Origin: a virus
Virus record (IMG/VR): IMGVR_UViG_3300050821_006071
Location: 6,632-70,631 of that record
Length of the DNA stretch: 64,000 bases
Direction: 5' to 3' (one strand)
Shown here: in pieces, positions 49,878-59,885 of the stretch
How the letters are laid out: the number at the start of each line of letters is the position of its first letter
How positions within the stretch are numbered: the stretch's first letter is position 1
The notes under the pieces: model-generated
What the model saw: the letters and a program-made list of their open reading frames with translations, nothing else
The model's database searches: none
Told to the model about the DNA's origin: nothing
Program-made: the position numbers and the translations under genes

Positions 49878-50354
49878 CGTTGGCCCGTTCTACTTCCTTG
49901 ATGTAAGCGTCTATTCCCAATATGAGCTGATAGAAATCAGAGACGCGTAGGCCGTCAATATCAGAGGGGGCGACATGGCACAAATGCGCAAGCTGGAAAA
50001 GGTACCGCTGCCTTACATCCGCTATGTCGGAGTCGAGCAACCTCTGAACGTCGTAATTCGGGCGGCTAAGTCTTTTGGGGTCTCTGCTTCTTGCTCGGTG
50101 GTGGCTGCTTTCGCCACGGCCTCGGCAAACTTGATGGCCGGGAAATCGATGCGATCGATGTCAATCCCTGTGTCGCCGCTTTGTACCCGCATGAGCCAGT
50201 AAACGGCTACCAACGCGTCAGGGTCTAGCTCATTTAGCCCCTCGGAGAGTCCCTTAAGGGTCAGTTGGCGGTGTACCTTGATGACCTTGGCTTGAGCCAC
50301 GGTAATATCGTCAAGGTCCAAGGTGTACTCGCGGCCTTCAAAGTCAATGTTCAT
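49867..50354 (-). CDS. Tail assembly chaperone pair via -1 frameshift (short form 50022..50354)
   Basis: Slippery C CCA AAA at 50079-50073; the -1 frame stays open (RLSRPNYDV...LAHLCHVAPSDIDGLRVSDF...DAN*) to 49867, overlapping the tape measure start. Confidence 0.8.
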
Positions 50355-50365
50355 TGCAACGCCTC

Positions 50366-50776
50366 TTACAAATCAAGTTCCTTGCACCAATCATCAATGA
50401 TGGCGCTAAAGGCCTCAGCGGCTGCATCGCCGGCTGAGGCAATTGCTTCTTCAAGAAATGGCTTATGTGGTTGCTTGGCCCAATGCCATTTACCACGGTC
50501 GCCGCTGGCAAACACGGGGTGCCAAGAGCCGTTTTCAAACGGGGCACCGTTGGGGGCCGACTCTCCGCCGGCCACGATAAAGACCTCGGTGGTACCGCCC
50601 ATGATCCTGACGCTTGCGGGAATCCGTTTAGAGAATCCGCCTGAGATGCCGCGTGCGGCATCGGCCAGGATCTGAGCGGCTTCCCTTAGTCGGGCGGCTA
50701 CCGCCCGCTTGAGTGCCGGCGTTGATGCCGCGCGGTACGTGGCTAGCTGGGAACTGGTTACCTGGGTGACACTCAC
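50366..50776 (-). CDS. HK97 gp10-like neck/tail completion protein
   Basis: SKRIPAS, PFENG..HPVF, QPHKPFL..A. Confidence 0.65.
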   Translation of the reverse strand: MSVTQVTSSQLATYRAASTPALKRAVAARLREAAQILADAARGISGGFSKRIPASVRIMGGTTEVFIVAGGESAPNGAPFENGSWHPVFASGDRGKWHWAKQPHKPFLEEAIASAGDAAAEAFSAIIDDWCKELDL

Positions 50777-50871
50777 CGGAGGAACACCCCTAGACAGGGC
50801 AGAGAGGCCCCTAGGGGGCACTGTGGGCAGTACCCCGTACGGGCGCGTAAGGGCTGAGGTTTGCCGACGCC

Positions 50872-52014
50872 TCAGCGTGCGGTGTCCTCTGACTGATAGA
50901 TGACCTGAATTGGGCAAGTGGTCTCGTCATCGAGGCCGGTAAAGCCAACCGCTTGCGTGAGCACGGCAGGGCCGCCCGCCTTCGGCGATTCGCCGTCAAG
51001 GCGGATGTTCGGGATGATGACATCAAGCAGATAGTTGCTTGCGCCCACCGTGGGGCCGACGAACGTAAGCTCCATGCTCGTTGGCACGTCGCCAGCAAAG
51101 GCGTTATACCAAGCCATTGAGCTTTGCCATTCGGCCGTGAACTGCCCGGTCAACATTCGGAAGCCGTTTTCGATTTGCTCGGCCTTGAATCCAGCGGAAC
51201 CGAGGAAGTAACGGTTGGCCTCGAACTTCACGGCATGCTTTATGTCTATGTCGCGAATCTGCGCCGCAGCGTAAGTGCTGTTGGTGCATCGGGCGATCTG
51301 GTTTGCGGCGTAAACGTATGTGAAGCCCGTGTAGATCGTGGCTTCCCTAAAGTGGAAAAGGCCTTCTCCGAGTCCCGAGGTGGGCACGCCAAAGCTAGCC
51401 AGAGCCGGGGTAGCGGCATTCAGCGGATCACCGCTAGAACCAACGCCACCGTTGGGGAAGGGACCTGCCAACTCGTTGCGGCCATCGATCGTGAGCGACA
51501 GCTCTGCAATCTGGCCTACCGCGCACTTGATTTCCCAATCGGTGAGCTTGCAGCCAACCTCGGTGATCGGCTCAACCGCGCCGTTGTCGGCCGCTGCCAA
51601 GCCCTTCTGCACACTGAAACTGTGCCCGAGCATGCCACCCACGAGTTGCGATCCGCCTAGGCCCTGGTGAATCGATTGGTAAATGCCCGTGGAGCCGATC
51701 TGAGTCGGGGCAACCAAGGTCTGGCCCCAACTGCCGATCATGTAATTCAACCAAAAGGCAAGCTGACGTGTTGGCAAGTCCATAACGATGGCCCCGCCCA
51801 TGTCATAGTTGGTCAGAACACGCCGCTTGGAACGGTCATAGACACGACCTGCCGCGAGTCCCTGCCCTTGAACGGTGGTTTTCTTAAGCGCTAGAGTCTC
51901 TGACTTAATCTCATAGCTACGGCCAGCGGTAAGGTTGGCGGCTACGCCAAATGCTCCTTCATCGCCTGCCACAACTTGGGTACCGAGACCAGAAGCAACA
52001 GATGGGTAAGGCAT
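50872..52014 (-). CDS. Major tail tube protein
   Basis: SGLGTQ...E..FG, FSVQKG, GCKLTDWE; position upstream of the chaperones. Confidence 0.8.
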   Translation of the reverse strand: MPYPSVASGLGTQVVAGDEGAFGVAANLTAGRSYEIKSETLALKKTTVQGQGLAAGRVYDRSKRRVLTNYDMGGAIVMDLPTRQLAFWLNYMIGSWGQTLVAPTQIGSTGIYQSIHQGLGGSQLVGGMLGHSFSVQKGLAAADNGAVEPITEVGCKLTDWEIKCAVGQIAELSLTIDGRNELAGPFPNGGVGSSGDPLNAATPALASFGVPTSGLGEGLFHFREATIYTGFTYVYAANQIARCTNSTYAAAQIRDIDIKHAVKFEANRYFLGSAGFKAEQIENGFRMLTGQFTAEWQSSMAWYNAFAGDVPTSMELTFVGPTVGASNYLLDVIIPNIRLDGESPKAGGPAVLTQAVGFTGLDDETTCPIQVIYQSEDTAR

Positions 52015-52039
52015 TGTTGAGCTTCCTTAGTTTTAAAAA

Positions 52040-52450
52040 TCAGGCTGCCGCACCGGGCAGCGTAAGAAGCCCCGCGTACGAACTAGCGGAAACAGTGCCG
52101 CTCACCGCAATGTTGACCAGGCCGTTGGCGTCGTTGAAAATACGCTGGGAAAACGGCCCGTATAGGTACTGCTTACCGGTGGCCATGGCGGATGTCTGGA
52201 AGGTTGTCATTGCCGTGAGAGAGACGCCAAGGATGGTGTTGGACTCAATGAGCAAGTTGAATACCGGGGTATCAGCCCCGGCTACCACGACATGCAACAG
52301 CACCCCGCCGGTATTGGCGAACTGAATAAGGGTGACGCTCGCCAGCGTCTGGCCGGCGTATGTCAGCGGCAGCAACGTGATAGCGAGACCAGACGCACCG
52401 GGAATATTGGAGACTGCCGCCGCTGGCGCGGCGAGCGAGAGTGTTGCCAT
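52040..52450 (-). CDS. Small virion protein
   Basis: Beta-rich; YGPFS..FNDANGLVNI; located in the neck region. Confidence 0.6.
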   Translation of the reverse strand: MATLSLAAPAAAVSNIPGASGLAITLLPLTYAGQTLASVTLIQFANTGGVLLHVVVAGADTPVFNLLIESNTILGVSLTAMTTFQTSAMATGKQYLYGPFSQRIFNDANGLVNIAVSGTVSASSYAGLLTLPGAAA

Positions 52451-52474
52451 TGTGAAAAGTCCCTAGAAGGAAAG

Positions 52475-52963
52475 TCAGGAAAGGGAATAGACGCGTTGGG
52501 AGCATTTGGCTAGCCACGTGATTGTTCCCATGGTCATGCCCTTGTTGTCCACATCGGGTATGTAATCCAGTTCGCCGAACTCGGCGAACCGCACCACCCC
52601 GTTAAGCGTCGGGTTGTTAGCCACGGCAATTGCAAGGGCTTTCCACGCTGCCCAACAGCTGTTCTTATTGGCCAGGAAGCTCTGTAGCGTCGGGGCCATG
52701 CCACCGAATACCGTTAGCTTGCACTCGATGGAAAACAGTTCCTCGCGCGTGTAGTCGGGGCCGAGGGCTGCCGGCTCTTGGTCGGCAGGGTGGACACCGA
52801 TAACCTGTACCGTGGTCGGTGCAGACCACGCGCCAAGCTCTTTCCCAAACCAGAAATAGACGGCCTCGCCGTTGGCATCTGTTGGGTACGCCGCCTGATA
52901 GATCGTGAACAGTTGATCTATCGCGTCGGGAATGCTGGTGATGTGGCCAAACGCATAGGGCAT
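52475..52963 (-). CDS. Tail terminator-like protein
   Basis: REELFSIEC, NPTLNGVV; position. Confidence 0.6.
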   Translation of the reverse strand: MPYAFGHITSIPDAIDQLFTIYQAAYPTDANGEAVYFWFGKELGAWSAPTTVQVIGVHPADQEPAALGPDYTREELFSIECKLTVFGGMAPTLQSFLANKNSCWAAWKALAIAVANNPTLNGVVRFAEFGELDYIPDVDNKGMTMGTITWLAKCSQRVYSLS

Positions 52964-52969
52964 CTCTGG

Positions 52970-53626
52970 TCACCCGATGATCGGTATGCGCCGATGGCGC
53001 TTTAGGAGTTCCAACACGCGGAAAGGCAGCCCCGAGTTGATCGAGGTGATGCCCGTAGCGCGCGTCCAATCCTCGTTGAGTGCGTCATAGCTTGAGTACT
53101 GCTGTGAGCCTGCCATAGACCGCAATTGGCTGTTCTGATACCAATGGGCGATCATTTCCAGTGCGCCAAGGCGGATTGATGGGGGCACGGTGGCCCGACC
53201 TGCCGTATACCACACGTGGATGTTTTTCGTTCCGGGCACGAACGGAATCTGTACGTTGCCGGCGGAACGCCTTGTAATGCCCCCGATGGTCGGGGAATCG
53301 AGGCTGTAGGCATACATAGAGCTTGCGGGGATGGTGTTAACGGGCTGATAGTCCAGCATGTAATTGAACCAGCCCCACCCTTCCTCTACGGCCTCGACGC
53401 TCAAAACGGGCCGATGGCGCAGGTAAACCCAAAATCCGCCACCGTCGTAATACTCGTCATAGTGAACCGGAATTACCTCGCCGCACTCGGCGACAACAAC
53501 ATCGTCAACCGCTGCAATAAAACCCATCAATGCCATGTCATCGGTAGTGTCGGTTTGGGACATGCGGAGATGGGCTTTCACGTCTTGCAGTGTCACAACG
53601 TCTGTCGGAATATTGATACCAGGCAT
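52970..53626 (-). CDS. Head-tail adaptor (gp6/gp15-like)
   Basis: VTLQDVKAHL, YTAG..VPPSIRLG.L..IAHWY. Confidence 0.85.
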   Translation of the reverse strand: MPGINIPTDVVTLQDVKAHLRMSQTDTTDDMALMGFIAAVDDVVVAECGEVIPVHYDEYYDGGGFWVYLRHRPVLSVEAVEEGWGWFNYMLDYQPVNTIPASSMYAYSLDSPTIGGITRRSAGNVQIPFVPGTKNIHVWYTAGRATVPPSIRLGALEMIAHWYQNSQLRSMAGSQQYSSYDALNEDWTRATGITSINSGLPFRVLELLKRHRRIPIIG

Positions 53627-53643
53627 CGTGACCTCGGCTCAGA

Positions 53644-54042
53644 TCAGTAGTCGGTTGCGGTGGCAGTCATTTCAATAGGACTGTGGCCGACGTTGACAGC
53701 ATTCAACGCGAGATACGCTGAGGCTGCCGCCGTGGTGACCGTGGTCACGTTCACCTGAATCAGTCCGCTAGAGTTCTGACAGTTAAACGGGATGTTCGCG
53801 AAGACAGCAAGGCCGAGCGTCAGCAGCGTTACCGTGGCGAACACAGAGGTTCCATCGGCCTTAAGGAGGTTGACAACGCCGGCGGCAGTGGCGCCCGACC
53901 AAACGAGTACAACAAGGTTGGCATTCCACGGGACAGTTAGGCCGGTATTCCCGGTCAATGCGGTGGAGCCGGCAAGGGTTGAGTTGATTCCGGCCAATCC
54001 CGATGTAGCGGTAGTGGGCGCGGCAACGGCAAGTAGAGCCAT
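53644..54042 (-). CDS. Small virion protein (decoration-like)
   Basis: A/T/G-rich, downstream of the capsid gene; NSSGLIQVNV resembles 52040..52450. Confidence 0.55.
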   Translation of the reverse strand: MALLAVAAPTTATSGLAGINSTLAGSTALTGNTGLTVPWNANLVVLVWSGATAAGVVNLLKADGTSVFATVTLLTLGLAVFANIPFNCQNSSGLIQVNVTTVTTAAASAYLALNAVNVGHSPIEMTATATDY

Positions 54043-54118
54043 GGTGTTTTTCTTTCAGTAAAGCGCAAAAGGTGGTTGTGAGAGCCGGGTGAGGCGTACC
54101 CGGCTCCCACGCTCTTGG

Positions 54119-54391
54119 TTAACTCGGATAGGTCAGCGTGACGTTAAATGCAACCGAGAAATAAAGGTAAAGCGTCAGCATGCCGTAGTTAATGAAAATT
54201 CCGGGCCACGTCCACAAAACAGCGGTGCTCGATGCCGGAATTGCTGCCACCACCACGCCCGAGGCCGCGCCTCCGCTGGTGAACCCTATGGTGACGTTTC
54301 CCGCATGCGTGCCATCACCGGTAAAGGCGACCGGTGTGCCTGGCGGTAGCGTGATGGCTTGCGCGCTATTGGTTATCGTTGCAGTGGCCAT
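54119..54391 (-). CDS. Small virion protein (decoration-like)
   Basis: 90-aa beta-rich ORF directly after the capsid stop. Confidence 0.55.
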   Translation of the reverse strand: MATATITNSAQAITLPPGTPVAFTGDGTHAGNVTIGFTSGGAASGVVVAAIPASSTAVLWTWPGIFINYGMLTLYLYFSVAFNVTLTYPS

Positions 54392-54400
54392 GACGAACGC

Positions 54401-55357
54401 TCAGGTGGCGTTGTTGCTGAAGTAGGCCGCCGCGCGAAGGTCGTTAGACCTTGCGTCCATACGGATATAACCAAGGTAGCCAATTTGCAAGTAGTCGGCA
54501 TAACGCTCGGTAAGGCGCATCATGGTAGCGCCGTTAACCTGGCGTGCGACCATGGCCGTCTTGAAGTCCCCGAAAAGCAGTCCGCCGGCGGTTGATGCCG
54601 TGGTGGAGACGTTAGACGTATTTTGGTCAACGACAACCGGATACCCGTACAAAGTGTCGGGCTGACCGGGCGCAACGGCAGGAGACCACAACGGGTGCCC
54701 ATATGCATCGGTGATTGAACGGAGCATTGCAAGGGTGATGTCATTCGCCACGAAAATGCAGCGGCCGGTGTTCCTGTAGGCAGGGTCAACGGTGGCGATC
54801 ATGCCAAGCACGTCGTCAAATCCAATGAGGCCGGCACCAAGCTTGGTGGTTGCCGTAGTGCCGCCAAGAATCGTGAACGCCTTGCCGCCTGCTGTTGCCG
54901 CCCAGTTGCCTGACGTGCCAGAGAGGTAAACCCCTCCGAGGGCAGGAGCTGACTGGTGACCACGCGCAACAAGGGCCGTCTCGATGCCGAGGAAAGCGCT
55001 AGAACCTGTGCCCGAGTGGATCTCTGCCGCAACCTTACGGCCGATGGATTCGCCAATTCTATCATTGACAAATCCGTCAAGATCGAATGCCGAATCATTA
55101 ATCAACTGAACCGACGCGAGAATGACGCCAGAAACGATGGTCCAGGCGTTAAGCATGCCCTGACCGAACTGGTAGTCAGTGCCGTTAGAGTCACCACCGA
55201 AGCCGAGTTGCTGCGCTTCGGTGATGTACCTACCAACGATCTGAGTTGGGTCAACAGTAGGCCAGGGCATGGGCTGACCAGAGTCAGTCTGGATTAGCTG
55301 GATATAGGGCAAAATGCCCCCGTATGCCTTCAGGGCAATTTGCAAGTTGTGCCAAAA
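54401..55357 (-). CDS. Major capsid protein, exon 2 (HK97 fold)
   Basis: FWHNLQ...SVQLINDSAFDL..F...GTGS...D.YGHPLW...LYGYPVV...LFGDF. Confidence 0.92.
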   Translation of the reverse strand, partial: FWHNLQIALKAYGGILPYIQLIQTDSGQPMPWPTVDPTQIVGRYITEAQQLGFGGDSNGTDYQFGQGMLNAWTIVSGVILASVQLINDSAFDLDGFVNDRIGESIGRKVAAEIHSGTGSSAFLGIETALVARGHQSAPALGGVYLSGTSGNWAATAGGKAFTILGGTTATTKLGAGLIGFDDVLGMIATVDPAYRNTGRCIFVANDITLAMLRSITDAYGHPLWSPAVAPGQPDTLYGYPVVVDQNTSNVSTTASTAGGLLFGDFKTAMVARQVNGATMMRLTERYADYLQIGYLGYIRMDARSNDLRAAAYFSNNAT

Positions 55358-56275
55358 CGATTTGTTACTCACTCGCTAGAGTGGGGTAGGTCATTTCTGC
55401 CCACCTCTGAATCTTTGCCATCGATTCAGACCAGACTATATTTTCAACCTTCAACAGAAGAACCGAGCGCAAGATACTTGGCTACATCGGCGGGAATTGA
55501 ACTGACCAATTCACTTTGGTCTAGTGCCCAATCCCATTTGACGATAATCAAGTTGCAATTGCGGTGAACATAAGAACGGATGCAATGCTTGCATGCCTTC
55601 TTGGGATCATGCCCAAAGGGGCAACGACGGTTGTGGTCCACGTGCCCAGCGCTTCCCGAATTTTTATCAAAGACGGGAGCGAGCATGGGATCGGGGCATC
55701 GCACCCAACCACACCGCGTTGTATCAAGCAAACTTCTAAAACGATACGGAGGGTTTGGATAATCCAAATTTCGATGCTCTTGGGAGCATGACGGACACCC
55801 ATATTTTAGAATACACACCGCACGCAGCGTTTGTGTAGCTTGACATTGCAAGCATTGCACAAGATACCAATAGCGATACTTACTGGTAGACTTGTCAATG
55901 CATTCGATTATCTTACGTTCGTGGTAAACATCGCCAAGGCTCAGAGCCACGGTTTGATGCTTCAATTCGCCTGGTTTGCGCGTAATGCCAAGAGAGTCTA
56001 GGTGGTTGTAAATAACACCCGTACTGCATTGGAATTTCTCAGCAATACGGATGACGGGCCAGCATTCGTCCATGTATAGACGTTGTAGCTCGTCCTCATC
56101 TAGTACCATCTTTAGCATAGCGCCTCTTCTAGCTAATAGGTTGCTTGCGTGTAGTCGTTACGGTGTCCGTATAGCTTTCGCTAATTGGTTCCCTCGGTAT
56201 TCCCCGTTTGATTGGTGGGGTTCACCGATACAGCAAGTTATCAATTCACCTTACGGTGAAAGGGGGCTTTTGAAG
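55358..56275 (-). mobile_element. Group I intron (918 nt) in the major capsid gene
   Basis: P1 GGGU/GCCC with U-G at the 5' splice site; P10 CAAAA/TTTTG; P3 CTTGC/GCAAG; P4 TCGGT/ACCGA; P7 GACTA/TAGTC; terminal G. Splicing restores MIPMG|FWHNLQ in frame. Confidence 0.92.
55444..56118 (-). CDS. Intron-encoded homing endonuclease (HTH + Zn finger + Endo VII/HNH-like)
   Basis: LQRLY...IAEKFQCS HTH; QCLQC...CPSC; HVDHNRRC...CKHCIRSYVHRNCN. AT-rich, in the P8 loop. Confidence 0.8.
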   Translation of the reverse strand: MLKMVLDEDELQRLYMDECWPVIRIAEKFQCSTGVIYNHLDSLGITRKPGELKHQTVALSLGDVYHERKIIECIDKSTSKYRYWYLVQCLQCQATQTLRAVCILKYGCPSCSQEHRNLDYPNPPYRFRSLLDTTRCGWVRCPDPMLAPVFDKNSGSAGHVDHNRRCPFGHDPKKACKHCIRSYVHRNCNLIIVKWDWALDQSELVSSIPADVAKYLALGSSVEG

Positions 56276-56872
56276 ACCCATTGGAATCATGTAGCCAGCG
56301 GTGTAGCCGGTAGCCCCAGCAATACCCGGCTCGGTGCCACCCGTGCTAAGCGCGTTCACGTCAAGGGCCGCGCGGTATTCCTGCTCGGTCCAGTTGACAT
56401 CACGCGTAGCGAATTGAGGGTAACCCGTGCGGACGTCGCGCCCGTGGGTATCCTTGCCCTGCTCATACTGCTTCGCGCCATGGGGGTGGCGAATGACAGT
56501 CGGGGAAGAGTAGATACCCCAGGCCTTCCGCTCATCAGGGTTCATGGTGTCGGTGGAGTTGGATGCCATGAACTTGAGGAACGCGGTTTCATAGAGGCGT
56601 TCCTCGGTGGGCTTGGGCGTTCCGTCGGGCCGAGTGCCGGTCTCAATCTGAGTGCGGCTCTCGTCAGCAACATCACTGAGGGTCTTGAATTGCTCGATGC
56701 GACGAATGTCTTCGTCAATCTGAGTAATTTTCTTGTTGCGCTTGTCGAAATCTTGGCGATCATCGCTGGTCAGCTCAACGCCTGTTTCGAGCTTCTCCAT
56801 GATGGCGCGGCAGCCATCCCAGATCTTGGCCTTCTTCTCACGCAGTTCACGAATCTGAGTCGTGTAATCCAT
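56276..56872 (-). CDS. Major capsid protein, exon 1 (delta/scaffold domain and N-arm)
   Basis: Coiled-coil N-terminus, ends AGYMIPMG. 199 codons; spliced product 517 aa. Confidence 0.9.
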
Positions 56873-56898
56873 GATTACTTCTTACGAAATCGAAATGG

Positions 56899-58518
56899 TC
56901 AGAAACCCATATCGACATCGCGGCTTATCATGCGTAGACGCGCAAGAATAAGTGCTTGGTCGTTTGGGATGTTTTCCGAAGTGGATTCATCCGGCTTCGG
57001 CTCGGCCGACCTGCCAGCGTCGTTGTCTGAAACGGCGTCGGTGGTGTCCAACTGTTCATGCTTAACCAGATGGCTAGCATGCGTGGCGGCACTCGCGATG
57101 AGTGCTATTGCCTGCTTAACATCATCAGGGAGTGACTTGGGGTCGGCTCCACCGATAAGTTTCAATGCCTGACTGAGCAGTGCATCAATCTGCGGAATGC
57201 GCTTCTTGGTGCCGCTGGTCAGGTCGCTCGTGTCATCCTTGCGAGATTCGCAAACGTGGGCGGCTCGGTCGCCGCTCAGCTTGGCCCCGCATGCCGTACA
57301 GAACTTGCCGCTCGGGGCCGCTGTCGTCATGGGCTTGCCGCAACTAGAGCAGTATTTTCCGTACTGCCCTGTAGAGCCGCACTCTCCGCACGTTTCAAGG
57401 TCGCCGTAGGTGGCCTTCGCCGCGCGGGTATCTCCGCTCGGGTCGGCCGAGTTCACGTCAACGCCGTTCTTCACGTCAACGCCGTGGTTGGCCCCGAAAA
57501 TGTTGGGGTCGCCTGCCTTCGGCAAGGCCACTTGGTGGGCGTTGTTATTGCCACCGACCTTAGGGCAGACAACCGTAAACGATATTCCGCACGATGGGCA
57601 CTGGATAGAGTCGTCAGCGCGGGTTTCCTTGCGCTCTCGCTTGGCTAGCCTCTTGGCTCGCTTTTCGACTTTCCTGGCCTCGATCTTTGCGCGCCACTCG
57701 TCAGCGAGCTTGGCCTCATTCTGATCAGAGACCTGGACACCGAATTTCTTGAGTGCCGCCTTGATCTTGTCCTTGATGGTGGCCAACTGCTCACTGTTGT
57801 AGGCCTTGGCGTTGTCGGGCTGATTGATGAAGCCCCATGCGGCCTTAGCGTGTGCCTTGGTGTCGAGCGGATACCGCTTTTTGCCATCTGATTGAAGGCC
57901 GGAATCTGCGTAAGTGACGTTGCCGTAAGGCTTTGAGCCATCACCAGGGGCATTGCCGCCGCGCGTGGCGGCACCATTGAACAGGGCTTCCCGAGCTTCA
58001 AGAATGTCTGATCGGGTGCCTATGCTGGTCATGTCGTAAGCCGGGAATGTGACGGGAGAGACCTCGATCAGCTTCATCTCGCGGATAATGCGATCAGTTC
58101 CTGTATATTCGTCGGCAGCGCCACCATCGGCATCTTGCCATTCTTGCTTGGTGACCTCAAAGCCGAATGACCAGCCTTTAACGATGCCTGCCCTGACGTT
58201 CAAGACAAGATCAGTGCCATAGCTAGTCGGAATAGGGACTAGATCAGGCTCGATACCGCGCGTGGTCGAGGTCAGCGTAAGGTTGCCGGCTGACGTGCGG
58301 CCGAGGGGCTGCCAAGAATTGTGATTGTTCAGGGCAACAATGTCCGCCTCACGCAGAGACTTGTTACAGCTTCCGGGGGCTATCTGCTCACGGAACCCGC
58401 CACGAGACATATCCCCGATTGTAGTTACGCGATTGTAAGGAATCGCCAAACCAAAGACATGGCCTTCATCAGTCGCCTCTACCGCGTCGGCCGTGAATGA
58501 ACGATATTCCATCGTCAT
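56899..58518 (-). CDS. HK97-type prohead protease with long accessory C-terminus
   Basis: FREQIAPG, NHN..PLGRT, WSFGF, EVSPVTFPAY; then YAD.G...KKRYPLD (DUF6582-like) and several CxxC ribbons. Confidence 0.9.
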   Translation of the reverse strand: MTMEYRSFTADAVEATDEGHVFGLAIPYNRVTTIGDMSRGGFREQIAPGSCNKSLREADIVALNNHNSWQPLGRTSAGNLTLTSTTRGIEPDLVPIPTSYGTDLVLNVRAGIVKGWSFGFEVTKQEWQDADGGAADEYTGTDRIIREMKLIEVSPVTFPAYDMTSIGTRSDILEAREALFNGAATRGGNAPGDGSKPYGNVTYADSGLQSDGKKRYPLDTKAHAKAAWGFINQPDNAKAYNSEQLATIKDKIKAALKKFGVQVSDQNEAKLADEWRAKIEARKVEKRAKRLAKRERKETRADDSIQCPSCGISFTVVCPKVGGNNNAHQVALPKAGDPNIFGANHGVDVKNGVDVNSADPSGDTRAAKATYGDLETCGECGSTGQYGKYCSSCGKPMTTAAPSGKFCTACGAKLSGDRAAHVCESRKDDTSDLTSGTKKRIPQIDALLSQALKLIGGADPKSLPDDVKQAIALIASAATHASHLVKHEQLDTTDAVSDNDAGRSAEPKPDESTSENIPNDQALILARLRMISRDVDMGF

Positions 58519-59885
58519 TGCGAATCATCGTTTTTCTTGTTTTGTGGGGCCTGCCCGTTGGGTGGCTGTGGTGGTGTCTGCCCCGAGCCGGGAGGAAGGG
58601 GTACGGTCATGCCTGCCGTTGGCGGGGCAAGGCTGGTCACATCATTCGGGGCCATGTTCAGCGGAGTAAGCGGCTTGTCGAGGCCGGGAAGCGGTTGCAT
58701 ATCCTCGCGGATACGCGCTTCATTTCTCGTCAGCCAACCCCATTGAATGGCCAAGGCATACGCGGTGAAGCGTTCCGAGGTCGAACCCTTCATGAGTTCG
58801 GTAAGGTCATACGTGGCCGTCTGGCCACGTGTGTTGACTATCTCTCGGGTAACCCTCTGCTCAATTCGAGAAGTCCATCCCGCAACGGTGTAGGCAACGA
58901 ATCCAATGTTTTGCTGTTCAATGCCCGTACCCCATGAGGTGGACTTACTCTCGTCCCCAATAAGGTGCGGCGGGATACCGTACATTCGGGCTAGCTCTGC
59001 GGCTTCCCATTCGCGAGATTCGAGGAACTGCAAACTATCGGGAGGGATCGTCAGAGGCTGGAAGGTGGTCTCGGCATCGAGCACGGCAACCATTCCAGCG
59101 TGGCTCGTGCCGGCGTTGACCTGTTGCCAACGGCGCTTGATTTCATCCGCTTGCGTCTGGTCAGCGAGGGGGGCCTTTACGTTGATGACTCCGCTCAACT
59201 GCGTACCGTTGGTAAAGAACTTCGCAGCGAGCTTGTCGGCCGCTAGCGCGGTGCCGTAGGTTTGCGCGGCAACCATGAGCGGCGAGAGTCCTGCAAGCCC
59301 GTCATACCCGAGACCGGCAATGTGCATGATATCCCACTGGCCATATTCCTTTATCCCCGTGAACCTGGCCGTACCGTCATCTTCCTGAACCCACTGCTCA
59401 ACCTTGAACCGCTTGCCGTCGGGGTGCAGAGCGTCAACCTTGCCGCGCCTCACCTTGACGATGCCCGGATAGATCGGCTGTAGGTCTATGATTGCGTCAG
59501 CGTTGTTCCGCACTTTCCGCACGAACGCATTGCCCCATAGGCCTAGGTGGGCAACCACAAGCTCCCACAACTCATACGGCGTATAAGTCGTGCCGGGGTT
59601 AGTCGGGTCTAGGGCCGGAACCGTGATCTGGTCTTTCTTCTTGTTGTAGACCATCAGAGGGCATCCGGCTATAACCGTTGCCAACAGCCCGATGCAACGC
59701 CACACCGTGGGCAGAGCCAACGCACGGTCAGGGGTTACCGTCTCGCCCGATGAGTTGTTGCTGCGCTGCAAAAGCCCGTAGACGGAATCGAAACCAACCG
59801 AGGCCAGCGGAACGCTCGGCCGATCAAAGGGGTTGTAGGTTGGCGAGCCGTAGTAATCGCGCTGTTCTGGACGAAAGAACGTCAT
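58515..59885 (-). CDS. HK97-family portal protein
   Basis: VWRCI, LWGNAF, G.SPL, QFLESR, ARMYGIPPHLIG, TRNEAR. Confidence 0.95.
   Translation of the reverse strand: MTFFRPEQRDYYGSPTYNPFDRPSVPLASVGFDSVYGLLQRSNNSSGETVTPDRALALPTVWRCIGLLATVIAGCPLMVYNKKKDQITVPALDPTNPGTTYTPYELWELVVAHLGLWGNAFVRKVRNNADAIIDLQPIYPGIVKVRRGKVDALHPDGKRFKVEQWVQEDDGTARFTGIKEYGQWDIMHIAGLGYDGLAGLSPLMVAAQTYGTALAADKLAAKFFTNGTQLSGVINVKAPLADQTQADEIKRRWQQVNAGTSHAGMVAVLDAETTFQPLTIPPDSLQFLESREWEAAELARMYGIPPHLIGDESKSTSWGTGIEQQNIGFVAYTVAGWTSRIEQRVTREIVNTRGQTATYDLTELMKGSTSERFTAYALAIQWGWLTRNEARIREDMQPLPGLDKPLTPLNMAPNDVTSLAPPTAGMTVPLPPGSGQTPPQPPNGQAPQNKKNDDSQ

Noticed and set aside
55358-55372. ORF-track start MSNKS for the capsid
   Set aside because: These codons lie inside the intron 3' end; exon 2 begins at 55357.
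56051-57172. Long plus-strand ORF (373 aa), and likewise 48040..48942 and 35588..36424
   Set aside because: Antisense shadows of well-supported genes in GC-rich DNA, with no motifs.
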